Made by a program: the position numbers and the translations under genes. A DNA stretch of 64,000 bases, from contig CADECP010000019.1 in NCBI GenBank assembly GCA_902825875.1, positions 78,359-142,358 on the forward strand, written 5' to 3'. This DNA comes from an uncultured Acidobacteriota bacterium (GTDB lineage Bacteria; Acidobacteriota; Blastocatellia; RBC074). This document shows positions 38,428 to 47,243 of this stretch, one piece after another. The notes under the pieces were generated by a model. It had not been told where the DNA came from and searched no databases. It was given only the letters and a program-made list of their open reading frames with translations. Position 1 is the first letter of the stretch; every line of letters starts with the position of its first letter.

Positions 38428-39336
38428 ATGAGTCAGCCGGAAAATTTTGAGATTAATGGGTTGCCGGACGCTTTATCGAGCTTGGTGACAGAGTTCGGAG
38501 CAGTTGATTCGCAGGCGATTGCCTTCAGCTTCGCAGCGCCGACGAAAGAATGTATTGCTTCACTGACGCAGCCGACGATCAATTTTTTTCTCTTCGACAT
38601 TCGTGAAAACACGGAAAAGCGCGAGGTCAATCCGCAGGTGTTTCGGCGGGTCGCAGAGAAAGAAGGCGGGCGGAAGATGCCTCCCAGGCGGATGGATTTG
38701 AGTTATCTGGTCAGCGTCTTTGCCAGCGATGCGCGCGATGAACTGGCTTTGTTGTGGCGAGTGACGGCGGTGTTGATGCGGCATCCGGTGTTGCCGGAAG
38801 AGGTGATGCCGGAAGAGTTGAAAGAGAATTTGCGGCGGATGGACGCGCAGATCACGGCTCGATTGCATGAAAAAGAATCGGGGCGCGATTTGTTGGAATG
38901 GTGGACGGCTTTGGGAGTGACGCCGCGCGCTTCGCTGCATTACGTGGTGACTGTGCCGCTTGATCTGGAAAGCGAATTGAAATCGAAACTGGTGTTGTCG
39001 TGGCAATTGCGCGTCGGTGAAATCGAAGCGCGCGACCCGAAGCAGTCCGAGGTTGTAGAGCAATTCGGCGGCAGAATTTACAACCAGCGTCGCCAACCGC
39101 AGCAAAACCTGACTGTCAGTTTGCAAACTGACGCGCAGGAAAAGAACCGGCAGCGGCGCGTCGTTGTCGAAGAGCGTCAAACAGGCAAAGACGGTCGTTA
39201 CGATTTTCGTCTTTATGAAAACGCGATGAAGCTGACGCTGACGATTTCGCGCGAAGGGAATGTTTTGAAAAGGTTTGAGCATTCGGGCGCCACGCCGCCG
39301 GATGAGTGGAGAGAAGTCATTTTGGATGTCAATTGA
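38428..39336 (+). CDS. DUF4255 (Afp16/Pvc16-like tail terminator/cap) protein, long paralogue
   Basis: 'TQPTINFFLFDIRENTEKRE', 'MDLSYLVSVFA' and 'ASLHYVVTVPLDLE' match the DUF4255 pattern. The C-terminal ~90 aa 'GGRIYNQRRQPQQNLTVSL...TGKDGRYDFRL' resemble a carboxypeptidase-regulatory-like beta-sandwich. Confidence 0.75.
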   Translation: MSQPENFEINGLPDALSSLVTEFGAVDSQAIAFSFAAPTKECIASLTQPTINFFLFDIRENTEKREVNPQVFRRVAEKEGGRKMPPRRMDLSYLVSVFASDARDELALLWRVTAVLMRHPVLPEEVMPEELKENLRRMDAQITARLHEKESGRDLLEWWTALGVTPRASLHYVVTVPLDLESELKSKLVLSWQLRVGEIEARDPKQSEVVEQFGGRIYNQRRQPQQNLTVSLQTDAQEKNRQRRVVVEERQTGKDGRYDFRLYENAMKLTLTISREGNVLKRFEHSGATPPDEWREVILDVN

Positions 39337-39377
39337 CAATGAGGTTGTCATGTCGGCTGCAAAGTTTTGAAACAATA

Positions 39378-39402
39378 AAACGCGAGCGGGAGGCTCGCGT
39401 TT
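39378..39402 (+). promoter_or_regulatory. Intra-operon hairpin just upstream of the sheath gene
   Basis: 'aaacgcgagc' - loop 'gggag' - 'gctcgcgttt' forms a 10-bp stem. It sits in the only long (88-nt) spacer of the operon, immediately before the AAAGGAGG RBS of the sheath gene. An upstream 'ttgaca' and the small palindrome 'tgacaa-tgagg-ttgtca' lie at 39334-39350. Confidence 0.45.
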
Positions 39403-39424
39403 CAATCACAAAGGAGGTTTGACC

Positions 39425-40996
39425 ATGCCTGAATACTTGTCGCCCGGAGTTTACATCGAAGAGGTCAACACTGGCCCTCGCCCGATTGAAGGCGTGGGCA
39501 CGTCCTGCGCGGCGTTTGTCGGTTTTGCCGCAACCGGGCCGATCAACGAACCCCAACTCATCAGCAATTGGATGCAATATGTCGAAACGTTTTGCGACGT
39601 CAAAAACGGGCGCCGGGACGGCAGTTTTCAGATTCCGCATAAAACCGAACAGGGCACTATGGTCAACACTTATCTGGGGCAATCTGTCCGAGGTTTTTTC
39701 AATAACGGAGGCGGGCGTTGTTATGTTGCTCGCGTTGGAGATTATTCGTTGGGAACCAAACCGATTCTGCAAATTCCCAAACAGGACGGCAACGCGACTT
39801 TATTGACCATTGAAGCGAAAGAGGGAGCGACACGAAACATCAAGGTCGAAATCGCGTCCGCCGAAGGCGAAAACCCGCCTGCCGGAAGTTTCACGATGAT
39901 CGTCACGCCTGAAGGCAGCGGCGCGCCGGAACGATACGAAAACGTATTGCCGAAAGCGGATGGGGAAAACAGCATTGTCACCAAAGTTCAGGAACGTAGC
40001 CGATTGATTACGGTTACGGTTGTCGCCACAGGGCCGATCGCGCAACGCACGTTACAAACGGGGACTTACCCATTGAACGTAACTTCTCCTGCAATGGAAG
40101 TTTCAGTGCAATCAAAAGATTTCATCGGTGATGCCGGCGAACGCAAAGGCATTGAAGGAATGCAGGTGGCCGAAGAAGTGACGATGTTATGTTGCCCTGA
40201 TCTGATGGCGGCTCATCAAGCCGGGTACCTGAATGACGACGGTGTGCTGCAAGTGCAGCAGGCAATGATTACTCATTGCGAATTGATGAAGGATAGGTTG
40301 GCGATTCTGGACACGCCCTACAACAAAGTGAAGCCGGACGATGTTCGGAAATGGCGCATCGCCGCCGGATTCAACTCGAAATTCGCGGCCTTGTATTATC
40401 CGTGGATCAGCGTTTCGGGCGCGGACGGAAAATTGATGGACGTTCCCCCAAGCGGTTATATCGCGGGCATATATGCGCGCAGCGACCGGGAGCGTGGCGT
40501 TCACAAAGCTCCTGCCAATGAAAACGTGCGCGACGCAGTCAGAGTCAGTGTTCAATTAACCAAAGGCGAGCAGGATACGTTGAACCCTGAAGGGGTCAAT
40601 TGCATTCGCGTGTTTCCCAATCAAGGCGTGACGGTGTGGGGAGCGCGGACTTTAAGCGATGACGCCGCCTGGCGATACATCAACGTTCGTCGCTTGTTCA
40701 ATTACGTCGAAAAATCAATTGAACGCGGGACGCAATGGGTGGTCTTTGAACCCAACGACCATGATTTGTGGGCGCGCGTTCGGCGAGACGTGACGGCGTT
40801 TCTGACCGGCGTATGGCGCAGCGGAGCATTGTTCGGGCACAAACCCGAAGAAGCCTTTTACGTTAAATGCGATGAGGAATTGAATCCTGAATCCGTTCGC
40901 AATGAAGGCAAGCTGGTTGTGGAAATCGGCCTAGCTCCGGTCAAACCGGCGGAATTCGTCATCTTTCGCCTGAGCCAGTTTAGCGGCGGCGCGTAA
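39425..40996 (+). CDS. Contractile tail sheath protein
   Basis: 'MPEYLSPGVYIEEVNTGPRPIEGVGTSCAAFVGFA' is the canonical sheath N-terminus. The C-terminal 'VNCIRVFPNQGVTVWGARTLS...WRYINVRRLFNYVEKSIERGTQWVVFEPND' is the conserved sheath C-domain. Confidence 0.9.
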   Translation: MPEYLSPGVYIEEVNTGPRPIEGVGTSCAAFVGFAATGPINEPQLISNWMQYVETFCDVKNGRRDGSFQIPHKTEQGTMVNTYLGQSVRGFFNNGGGRCYVARVGDYSLGTKPILQIPKQDGNATLLTIEAKEGATRNIKVEIASAEGENPPAGSFTMIVTPEGSGAPERYENVLPKADGENSIVTKVQERSRLITVTVVATGPIAQRTLQTGTYPLNVTSPAMEVSVQSKDFIGDAGERKGIEGMQVAEEVTMLCCPDLMAAHQAGYLNDDGVLQVQQAMITHCELMKDRLAILDTPYNKVKPDDVRKWRIAAGFNSKFAALYYPWISVSGADGKLMDVPPSGYIAGIYARSDRERGVHKAPANENVRDAVRVSVQLTKGEQDTLNPEGVNCIRVFPNQGVTVWGARTLSDDAAWRYINVRRLFNYVEKSIERGTQWVVFEPNDHDLWARVRRDVTAFLTGVWRSGALFGHKPEEAFYVKCDEELNPESVRNEGKLVVEIGLAPVKPAEFVIFRLSQFSGGA

Positions 40997-41029
40997 GGTT
41001 CAGTCAACCAACAGAAACGGAGGATCAAG

Positions 41030-41470
41030 ATGCAAGAAAAAGACCCGGTAGTTTCGTCGTGGTTCGGTGTCGAGTTTCAAGGCCAGGTGGTGGGTGCGTT
41101 TCGGGAATGCACGGGAATGGGCAGCGAAAACGAAGTCGTTGAATACAAAGCCAGCGGACCCAAAGGCGAATTCGTCATCAAGAAAGTTCCCGGTCGCATG
41201 AAGTGGAACAATATCACTCTTAAACGCGGCATTACCGACGCGATGGACATGTGGAAATGGCGCAAGATGATCGAAGACGGCGAAATTGACGCTGCGCGAA
41301 AGAATGGTTCAATCGTTATGTACAACCAGGCCGGTCAGGAAGTCGCGCGTTGGGATTTCGTCAACGCCTGGCCGTCGAAACTCAGCGGCCCGACAGCCAA
41401 CGCCAACAACAACGAAGTGGGAATCGAAGAACTGGAAATCACCCACGAAGGATACAAGCGCGTGAAATGA
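41030..41470 (+). CDS. Tail tube protein (T4 gp19-like / Afp1-like)
   Basis: 'FGVEFQGQVVGAFRECTGMGSENEVVEYK...KKVPGRMKWNNITLKRGIT...WKWRK...FVNAWPSKLSGP' matches the gp19-family CIS tube pattern. Confidence 0.85.
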   Translation: MQEKDPVVSSWFGVEFQGQVVGAFRECTGMGSENEVVEYKASGPKGEFVIKKVPGRMKWNNITLKRGITDAMDMWKWRKMIEDGEIDAARKNGSIVMYNQAGQEVARWDFVNAWPSKLSGPTANANNNEVGIEELEITHEGYKRVK

Positions 41471-41500
41471 CCGGTTAACCACGAGAGCGACGCCTGATTT

Positions 41501-41878
41501 ATGCCGACAACCTTGCAGACCGAATATGAATTCACCTTGCCGCGGGGCTACGTTGACGCGCAGGGCAATTTGCATCGGCGCGGAATCATGCGGCTGGCAA
41601 TGGCGCGGGACGAAATCGAACCTATGGCCGATCCGCGCGCGCAAGCCAATGAATCCTACCTTGCGATTTTGTTGCTGGCGCGTGTAGTCACACGGTTAGG
41701 AGAAGTTTCTCCCGTCAGCCCCGCTGTGATCGAAAACTTGTACGCGGCGGATTTTGCTTACTTGCAAGATGTTTATCTGCGGCTCAACGACGACGCCAGC
41801 CGTTGGATTGCCACCGAATGTCCGAACTGCCAAACGCGGTTTGAACTGGACCTGTTGAGTGAAGATGCCAGCGAATAA
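41501..41878 (+). CDS. Probable tail assembly chaperone (P2 gpE-like by position and pattern)
   Basis: It lies directly after the tube gene, as in P2 (FII then E). 'RRGIMRLAMARDEIEPMAD...ILLLARVVTRLGEVSPVSPAVIENLYAADFAYLQDVY' resembles gpE-type chaperones. It has a C-terminal 'ECPNCQTRFELD' Cys pair. Confidence 0.5.
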   Translation: MPTTLQTEYEFTLPRGYVDAQGNLHRRGIMRLAMARDEIEPMADPRAQANESYLAILLLARVVTRLGEVSPVSPAVIENLYAADFAYLQDVYLRLNDDASRWIATECPNCQTRFELDLLSEDASE

Positions 41879-42062
41879 TTCAATCACGGCAGGCGATGAT
41901 GCGGAACTGAAAAATATGACAAGCCGGAACGACGGTTTGGAATCCGAGCCGGACGATCCGCAGATTGATCTGCGACTGCTGACAGACAAGGTTTATCTGT
42001 TGATGCAACAGGAAGCCCGATTGGATCGCTCACGAAATGGGGAAATTCTGTGGAGGAGATGA
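41865..42062 (+). CDS. Small acidic protein overlapping the chaperone gene 3' end
   Basis: The ATG at 41865 lies inside the last codons of the upstream gene. The product ends with 'IDLRLLTDKVYLLMQQEARLDRSR', a motif shared with the C-terminus of the 552-aa protein. Coding status is supported mainly by operon packing. Confidence 0.4.
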   Translation: MPANNSITAGDDAELKNMTSRNDGLESEPDDPQIDLRLLTDKVYLLMQQEARLDRSRNGEILWRR

Positions 42063-42068
42063 CCGTTG

Positions 42069-42509
42069 ATGGCTAACAAATCCAATACTGAAAACGACGC
42101 TAATCCGTCGTGTCGCTTTTATGTGGATGTTGGCGGCAAGAAGCAGGCCTTGTTTACGGAAGTCGGTGGACTGGGCTTGGAGATGGAATTTCAGGAAGTG
42201 CGCGAAGGCGGAAACAATCATTTTGTGCATCGGCTGCCTGGCCCCTGCAAGACGGGAAATCTTGTTTTGCGGGGCGGGTTGTCGTCGTCGAGCGAGTTTT
42301 TCAAATGGATGATGGACGCGGCGCACGGAAAAATCGAACGCAGGAACATTTCCGTCATCCTTTACGATCCGATGGGCAAAGAACAAGCGCGATGGAATTT
42401 CAACAATGCTTTTCCGGTGAAATGGACTGGGCCGCAGTTCAAAGCCAACGACGTCACTGTGGCCATTGAATTGCTGGAAATCGCCCACGAAGGCTTAAAG
42501 ACCGATTGA
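42069..42509 (+). CDS. Second tail tube-family protein (Afp5-like)
   Basis: 'CRFYVDVGGKKQALFTEVGGLGLEMEFQEVREGGNNHFVHRLPGPCKTGNLVLRGGL...FNNAFPVKWTGPQFKAND' is paralogous to the 41030-41470 product. Confidence 0.85.
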   Translation: MANKSNTENDANPSCRFYVDVGGKKQALFTEVGGLGLEMEFQEVREGGNNHFVHRLPGPCKTGNLVLRGGLSSSSEFFKWMMDAAHGKIERRNISVILYDPMGKEQARWNFNNAFPVKWTGPQFKANDVTVAIELLEIAHEGLKTD

Positions 42510-42515
42510 CGCTTT

Positions 42516-44174
42516 ATGTTACGGCAATCTTTTTTGCGAACCATCAACCATCCGGCGCGAAAACTGGCAAAACGCAAATTGTCCGCGCGGTTGCCGGCGT
42601 ATTTGCGGCGACATTCTTCCAGGAAGTTTTTGCGACAAACAGGTTTGGCGGTCAGCAAAGTTTCGAGATTCGGTTATGGTCGCAGATTTGCGCTTTCGCG
42701 CGCGCTGTCGGATTTGTCGTCTGTGTCGTTTCCCGCCGCGATGGAATCTTTCGACTCGGCTGACTTGGCTCAGTCGTTTGCGCCGAAAGAGCCTGAAGCC
42801 TTGGTCGAGCAATTGCCAGATACCGTTGCCGCTTTGCAGGCGCATGAGCCTGAGGGAATTTTCCACGAAGCCGCCGAGATTGCGGAATCGGCCAAGCAAA
42901 ATTTCGACGCGCCAAGTTTAACGGTTTCGACAATTCCTGAGATTCATTCCTTGCCGGTTAGGCAAAGTCGTATTGAGGAGATAGAAAAATCGGCAAGCAA
43001 TTTTTTGAGCGCAAAGACGGCAATGGAAACGCCGTTACCGGAAGTTCCGCGCCTGGTCGAATCAGAACCGGCGAATCTTTTGAAAACGATTGATCCGGTC
43101 ATTCGTGGCAGGCAATCCGACCAATCCAACCAGCCCGACCGCGCTGAATTGTTTGCCGACACTGGCGAAGATCGTTCGCCTGCGGCTTGGGCGGCCAAAC
43201 TGGCCGGATTCGGCGGCGGCAATTCAGTTTCAAATCGGCAAGCTCAAGAAGATGATTCGCGCGGCTTACGGCGACCGGCTCTCAAACCATTTGCTGGCGC
43301 AATTGAGAAAACGCCGGATTCGCCCAAGCGGTTTTCCGCCAAAGCCGGGCGAGTTTTGTCTCCTTTGGTCGAATCCTCAATGGCAATTGAAACCGCGACG
43401 AAGTCTCTGAGCGCGCAGAGCGATGACAAACCGCCGCCCATTCACCACGACGGCGCAGGGCGCAACTCTGACGACGTTCCCCCAAACGTGGAGCCATGGG
43501 TTTCCGCTCCGCTGGTGAAAAAAACTGTTCCCGCGGTTGTTCGGGCTGCGATTGAAAACGATGAAATTATGCCGTCACGGTTTATTAAGGCGGTTGGCGC
43601 AACATTGCCATTGGCCGGAAAACCGTTGGCCGCTATGCCTGATCTTTTGTCGGAGTCCGAGTTGCCGGAAATGGCCGATTTCCAACCTAAAGTTGAGTCG
43701 CTGCCTGAAAGTTTTTCAGCGGTTGGTCTGGCAGACGCCGTCCCTCAACTTCAGAGCGCCGATTGGCCAGAGCATTCCGCCGACTTGCGTTTATCAAATG
43801 TTGCGTCGTTTGACGCGCCGAAACAGCAAGTTGGAGAAGAAACTGATTGGGGCGGTCTGCCTGCTCCTTGGGAAGCGTTGCCGGACTGGGCGGCTTCGAT
43901 CAACAACGATGAGCGTAGAAACCCCGAAGTTTCACCGTCCGAAAGTTTGCTGAACCAGGGACTGGCTGACAACGCGCCAAAAGGCGATTGGGACACGCCT
44001 GTCGACGAAGCGGAAAATTCGTTTGCGGAATTTGCAGGAGCGAGCCAGGCAATGATGAGTTTGGCAGAACCTGCGTCCAGCCGATTGGAAATAGATTTGG
44101 ACGGTTTGGCCAAACAGGTGTATCAACGATTGAAACGGCGGTTGGCCGCTGAACGCCGCCGCGAGGCGTATTAA
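42516..44174 (+). CDS. Disordered acidic P/A/S/E-rich protein in the tape-measure position
   Basis: The slot between tube/chaperone and tube-initiator corresponds to P2 gpT or Afp14. It has a basic N-terminus 'RKLAKRKLSARLPAYLRRHSSRKFLRQ', a long low-complexity acidic body and the C-terminal motif 'IDLDGLAKQVYQRLKRRLAAERRREAY'. Confidence 0.5.
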   Translation: MLRQSFLRTINHPARKLAKRKLSARLPAYLRRHSSRKFLRQTGLAVSKVSRFGYGRRFALSRALSDLSSVSFPAAMESFDSADLAQSFAPKEPEALVEQLPDTVAALQAHEPEGIFHEAAEIAESAKQNFDAPSLTVSTIPEIHSLPVRQSRIEEIEKSASNFLSAKTAMETPLPEVPRLVESEPANLLKTIDPVIRGRQSDQSNQPDRAELFADTGEDRSPAAWAAKLAGFGGGNSVSNRQAQEDDSRGLRRPALKPFAGAIEKTPDSPKRFSAKAGRVLSPLVESSMAIETATKSLSAQSDDKPPPIHHDGAGRNSDDVPPNVEPWVSAPLVKKTVPAVVRAAIENDEIMPSRFIKAVGATLPLAGKPLAAMPDLLSESELPEMADFQPKVESLPESFSAVGLADAVPQLQSADWPEHSADLRLSNVASFDAPKQQVGEETDWGGLPAPWEALPDWAASINNDERRNPEVSPSESLLNQGLADNAPKGDWDTPVDEAENSFAEFAGASQAMMSLAEPASSRLEIDLDGLAKQVYQRLKRRLAAERRREAY

Positions 44175-44201
44175 GCGGAAACTCAGCAAGGAGTCAAAGC
44201 A

Positions 44202-44879
44202 ATGAGCGCAGCGGGATTGGCGAAAGCGATTATTGTCAAATTGGATAAACAGAACCGTCCGGTTCAATCCGAATCGGTCAAGGTGATGTTCAATCCCAAA
44301 GAACTGGTTTTTACAAAGCATAACACCTGGAAACAGGGAGAAACGCCTCAAGCCAATGTGCCTGATTTTGAATTCGGCAGCGGCGGGGCGACGACGCTGA
44401 CGCTGGAATTGTTTTTTGACACTTACGCCGAACGAAAAGACGTTCGCAAAGTGTACACCGACGCCATTTACAAAATGACGCTGGTGGACGAGCGGTTGAT
44501 TGACGAGAAGACCAAAAAAGGCCGTCCGCCGACGGTTCGGTTTCAATGGGGGCAAACAGTCGGTTTTGACGCGGTGATTGCCAGCATTACTCAACGGTTC
44601 ACGCTGTTTTTGCCGGATGACGGAATGCCCGTGCGGGCGACGGTGAACGTAACTTTTTCGCAGGTTAAAGACGCGCTGTTTTATCCGCGCCAAAACCCGA
44701 CTTCAGGCGGCGCGGGCGGAGAACGTATTTACACCGTCAAAGAAGGCGACACGCTGACCTGGATTGCGTTCAATGAATACAACGATGCGACTCAATGGCG
44801 GCGGATTGCCGACGCAAATGAATTGACCCAAATACGGCGACTGATTCCGGGCGCCAAGCTGGTGATTCCTCATGCATGA
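44202..44879 (+). CDS. CIS tube-initiator-like protein with C-terminal LysM domain (Afp7/Pvc7-like)
   Basis: The N-terminal 'AKAIIVKLDKQNRPV...VKVMFNPKELVFTKHNTW...FEFGSGGATTLTLELFFDTY' matches the tube-fold initiator pattern. The C-terminal 'YTVKEGDTLTWIAFNEYNDATQWRRIADANEL...PGAKLVIP' is a LysM domain. Confidence 0.8.
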   Translation: MSAAGLAKAIIVKLDKQNRPVQSESVKVMFNPKELVFTKHNTWKQGETPQANVPDFEFGSGGATTLTLELFFDTYAERKDVRKVYTDAIYKMTLVDERLIDEKTKKGRPPTVRFQWGQTVGFDAVIASITQRFTLFLPDDGMPVRATVNVTFSQVKDALFYPRQNPTSGGAGGERIYTVKEGDTLTWIAFNEYNDATQWRRIADANELTQIRRLIPGAKLVIPHA

Positions 44880-46515
44880 ACAAGGGCAACTCATCACTCA
44901 TTTTCGATTGATCTTGGGCGGGCGGGACGCGCCGGAAGAATTGATGTCCGCAGCTCTCGAAATCGCGGTGGAAAGCAGTTTGCACATGCCGGATGTGGCC
45001 ACTCTGGTCATTCACGATCCACGGTTGTTATGGATTGACAGCGATTTGCTCAAACCTGGCCAGGAATTGAAAGTCTCGGTGACTGACCTAATCAGCGGAC
45101 GTGAATCGCGCGAACCGATCTTTGACGGCGAAATTGTGGAGATCGAGCCGGAATTCACGTCGGAGACGCATTCGTTGACAATTCGCGCATTTGACCGATT
45201 GCACAGGTTGACGCGGGGACGGCGAGTACGTTCGTTTCAGAATGTGACCGACGGCGACGTTGCGCGCTTAATTGCCAACGAAGTGCGATTGGAAACTGAA
45301 GTCGCCGAAACTCGCCGCGTTCATTCTTATTTGCTGCAATGCAATCAGACCAATCTGGAATTTTTGCGTGAACGAGCTGCCGCGCTTGGTTATTTGCTTT
45401 ATGCGCAGGGCAAGAAGCTGTGTCTCAAACCGCTCAAGCATGAAGAGCAGATCGAACTGCAATGGGGAAAAAGTTTGTTGGAATTTCGTCCGCGCCTGAC
45501 GACGTTGTCGCAAGTGGACACGGTGCAAGCGCGCGGTTGGGACCCAATCACGCGACAAGAATTATTGGCGCAAGTCAGTGACGGGCAGGGAATGCGCGAA
45601 ATTGGCCAGAAACAATCCGGCGGCAAGCTGGTCAAACAGTTGTTTCGGTTGGAAACTAGCCATCTGATTGTTGAGCGTCCGGTTCGATCTCAATCGGACG
45701 CCGAAAATCTGGCGCAGGCAACAGCCGATCGTGTCGCCGAAAGTTTCGTTGAAGCCGAAGGCGTTTGTGTTGGCAAGCCGGAATTGGTTGCGGGCGTTTC
45801 CATTATGGTTAGCGCCGTTGGCCAACAATTCGGCGGCAAGTATTTCGTGACATCGGCTTCGCATGTTCATAACGCCCGTGACGGATACGTCACACGATTC
45901 ACGATTTCCGGCCAATCGCCTTCTTCGTTGCTTCGGCTATTGCGTCCGGAAAAGGAAAGCCGTTCATCCGAATTTTTTCTGACGCTCGGCTTGGTTACGG
46001 ACAATAACGACCCGGAAGGATGGGGGCGGGTTCGCGTGAAATATCCGGGATTATCGTCCGATCACACCAGCGATTGGGCGCGAGTCGTGGCTGTTGGCGG
46101 CGGGCCGAGCCGCGGCATTGAGTTCCTGCCTGAAGTTAATGACGAAGTGTTGATCGGATTTGAAATGGGCGACGTGCATTTTCCGTATGTGCTCGGCGGG
46201 TTGTGGAACGGCCAGGACGATCCGCCGAAAAAGAGCGATCAAATCGTCGGCAATGGGCGTGTTCGCCAACGCATCATTCGTTCGCGCAGCGGCCATGTGA
46301 TTACGCTCGACGATGACAACGGAGGCATTTCGCTGACGGATCGCGACGGCAATCGGGTTCAAATAAATAGCAAAGGCATTGTCATGGCTCATCAAAACGG
46401 AAACAGCCTGACGCTTGAGTCAGGCAAGCTGGACATCAACGTCAAAGGCAATGTTTCGATCAAATCCACAGGCGAAGTCAGCATCAACGGTGCGCTTGTC
46501 AAACTCAATTGTTAA
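44872..46515 (+). CDS. gpD / VgrG-like spike-hub protein (Afp8-like)
   Basis: N-terminal late-control-D-like region. 'GLVTDNNDPEGWGRVRVKYPGLSSDHTSDWARVVAVGGGPSRGIEFLPEVNDEVLIGFEMGDVHFPYVLGGLWNG' is the gp5/VgrG OB-fold signature. It has a short beta-helix tail, and its start overlaps the LysM gene stop. Confidence 0.85.
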   Translation: MHEQGQLITHFRLILGGRDAPEELMSAALEIAVESSLHMPDVATLVIHDPRLLWIDSDLLKPGQELKVSVTDLISGRESREPIFDGEIVEIEPEFTSETHSLTIRAFDRLHRLTRGRRVRSFQNVTDGDVARLIANEVRLETEVAETRRVHSYLLQCNQTNLEFLRERAAALGYLLYAQGKKLCLKPLKHEEQIELQWGKSLLEFRPRLTTLSQVDTVQARGWDPITRQELLAQVSDGQGMREIGQKQSGGKLVKQLFRLETSHLIVERPVRSQSDAENLAQATADRVAESFVEAEGVCVGKPELVAGVSIMVSAVGQQFGGKYFVTSASHVHNARDGYVTRFTISGQSPSSLLRLLRPEKESRSSEFFLTLGLVTDNNDPEGWGRVRVKYPGLSSDHTSDWARVVAVGGGPSRGIEFLPEVNDEVLIGFEMGDVHFPYVLGGLWNGQDDPPKKSDQIVGNGRVRQRIIRSRSGHVITLDDDNGGISLTDRDGNRVQINSKGIVMAHQNGNSLTLESGKLDINVKGNVSIKSTGEVSINGALVKLNC

Positions 46516-46531
46516 GTTCAGGAGTGATTCT

Positions 46532-46801
46532 ATGCCTTGTCTTCCTGCTGCCAAGTTGGGCGATCAAATTGTTTCTCGGCGCACTTACGTCATCGCTACG
46601 CTGGTTGAAATCAGCGTTTTGATCGAAGGAAGACCCGCAGCCGTTCAAGGCAGCGGCGATTCCGACAAAGCGCAAATCCTTAGCGGCAGCTTGACGGTCT
46701 TGGTTGGCGGCAAAATGGCCGCCCGCGCGACTGACCCGGCCAACACGGACAAAGGGCCGGGCAATGTGATCGCTCCATTGGGCACGGTTTTGATTGGATA
46801 G
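46532..46801 (+). CDS. PAAR-domain spike tip protein
   Basis: ATG 46532 follows an AGGAG RBS. Three PAAR-like repeats: 'LPAAKLGD', 'RPAAVQGSGD' and 'KMAARATD'. The ORF-track start at 46415 overlaps the spike gene and is unlikely. Confidence 0.8.
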   Translation: MPCLPAAKLGDQIVSRRTYVIATLVEISVLIEGRPAAVQGSGDSDKAQILSGSLTVLVGGKMAARATDPANTDKGPGNVIAPLGTVLIG

Positions 46802-46813
46802 GAGAAAACAGCG

Positions 46814-47224
46814 ATGGAAGATTTTTTAGGCAACGGATGGACGTTCCCGACCGGCGTGGATGCGCACGGGCGTATTGCGTTGGCTCGGCAGGAAAACGAC
46901 ATTGAACAAGCCATAAGGATCATTCTGATGACTCCGAAAGGGCAGCGTGTCATGCGCCCCAATTTCGGATGTGGCATTCACGATTTGCTGTTTGCGCCGA
47001 ACGATTCCGCCACCGCCGGACTGGCCGCGCATTACGCCGAAGACGCATTGCGAATGTGGGAGCCGCGCATTCGCGTGTTGGAAGTCAAAGCCGAGCGCGA
47101 TCCGAATCAGCCTGAGTGTTTGTTGATTGAAGCTCTGTATGAAGTGAAAGCCACGCTTGATCGCCGTTCGCTGGTGTTTCCTTTTTACAGCATTCCCGGA
47201 GAAGAAAACGAATTGCGCCCTTGA
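46814..47224 (+). CDS. Baseplate wedge protein, GPW/gp25 family (Afp9-like)
   Basis: 'GWTFPTGVDAHGRIALARQENDIEQAIRIILMTPKGQRVMRPNFGCGIHDLLF' is the gp25/GPW lysozyme-like core. Confidence 0.85.
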   Translation: MEDFLGNGWTFPTGVDAHGRIALARQENDIEQAIRIILMTPKGQRVMRPNFGCGIHDLLFAPNDSATAGLAAHYAEDALRMWEPRIRVLEVKAERDPNQPECLLIEALYEVKATLDRRSLVFPFYSIPGEENELRP

Positions 47225-47243
47225 TTGTCGCAGAGGATGATTT

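Noticed and set aside
41859-41878. Possible programmed frameshift joining the gpE-like chaperone ORF to the overlapping small ORF, analogous to P2 E/E+E' or lambda G/GT.
   Set aside because: The downstream frame opens only at 41859, because a TGA at 41856-41858 closes it upstream. That leaves a 17-nt window, 'gtgaagatgccagcgaa', with no slippery heptamer or homopolymer run. The shift needed is +1/-2, not the usual -1. The small ORF also has its own ATG at 41865. I therefore treat it as a separately initiated, overlapping gene.
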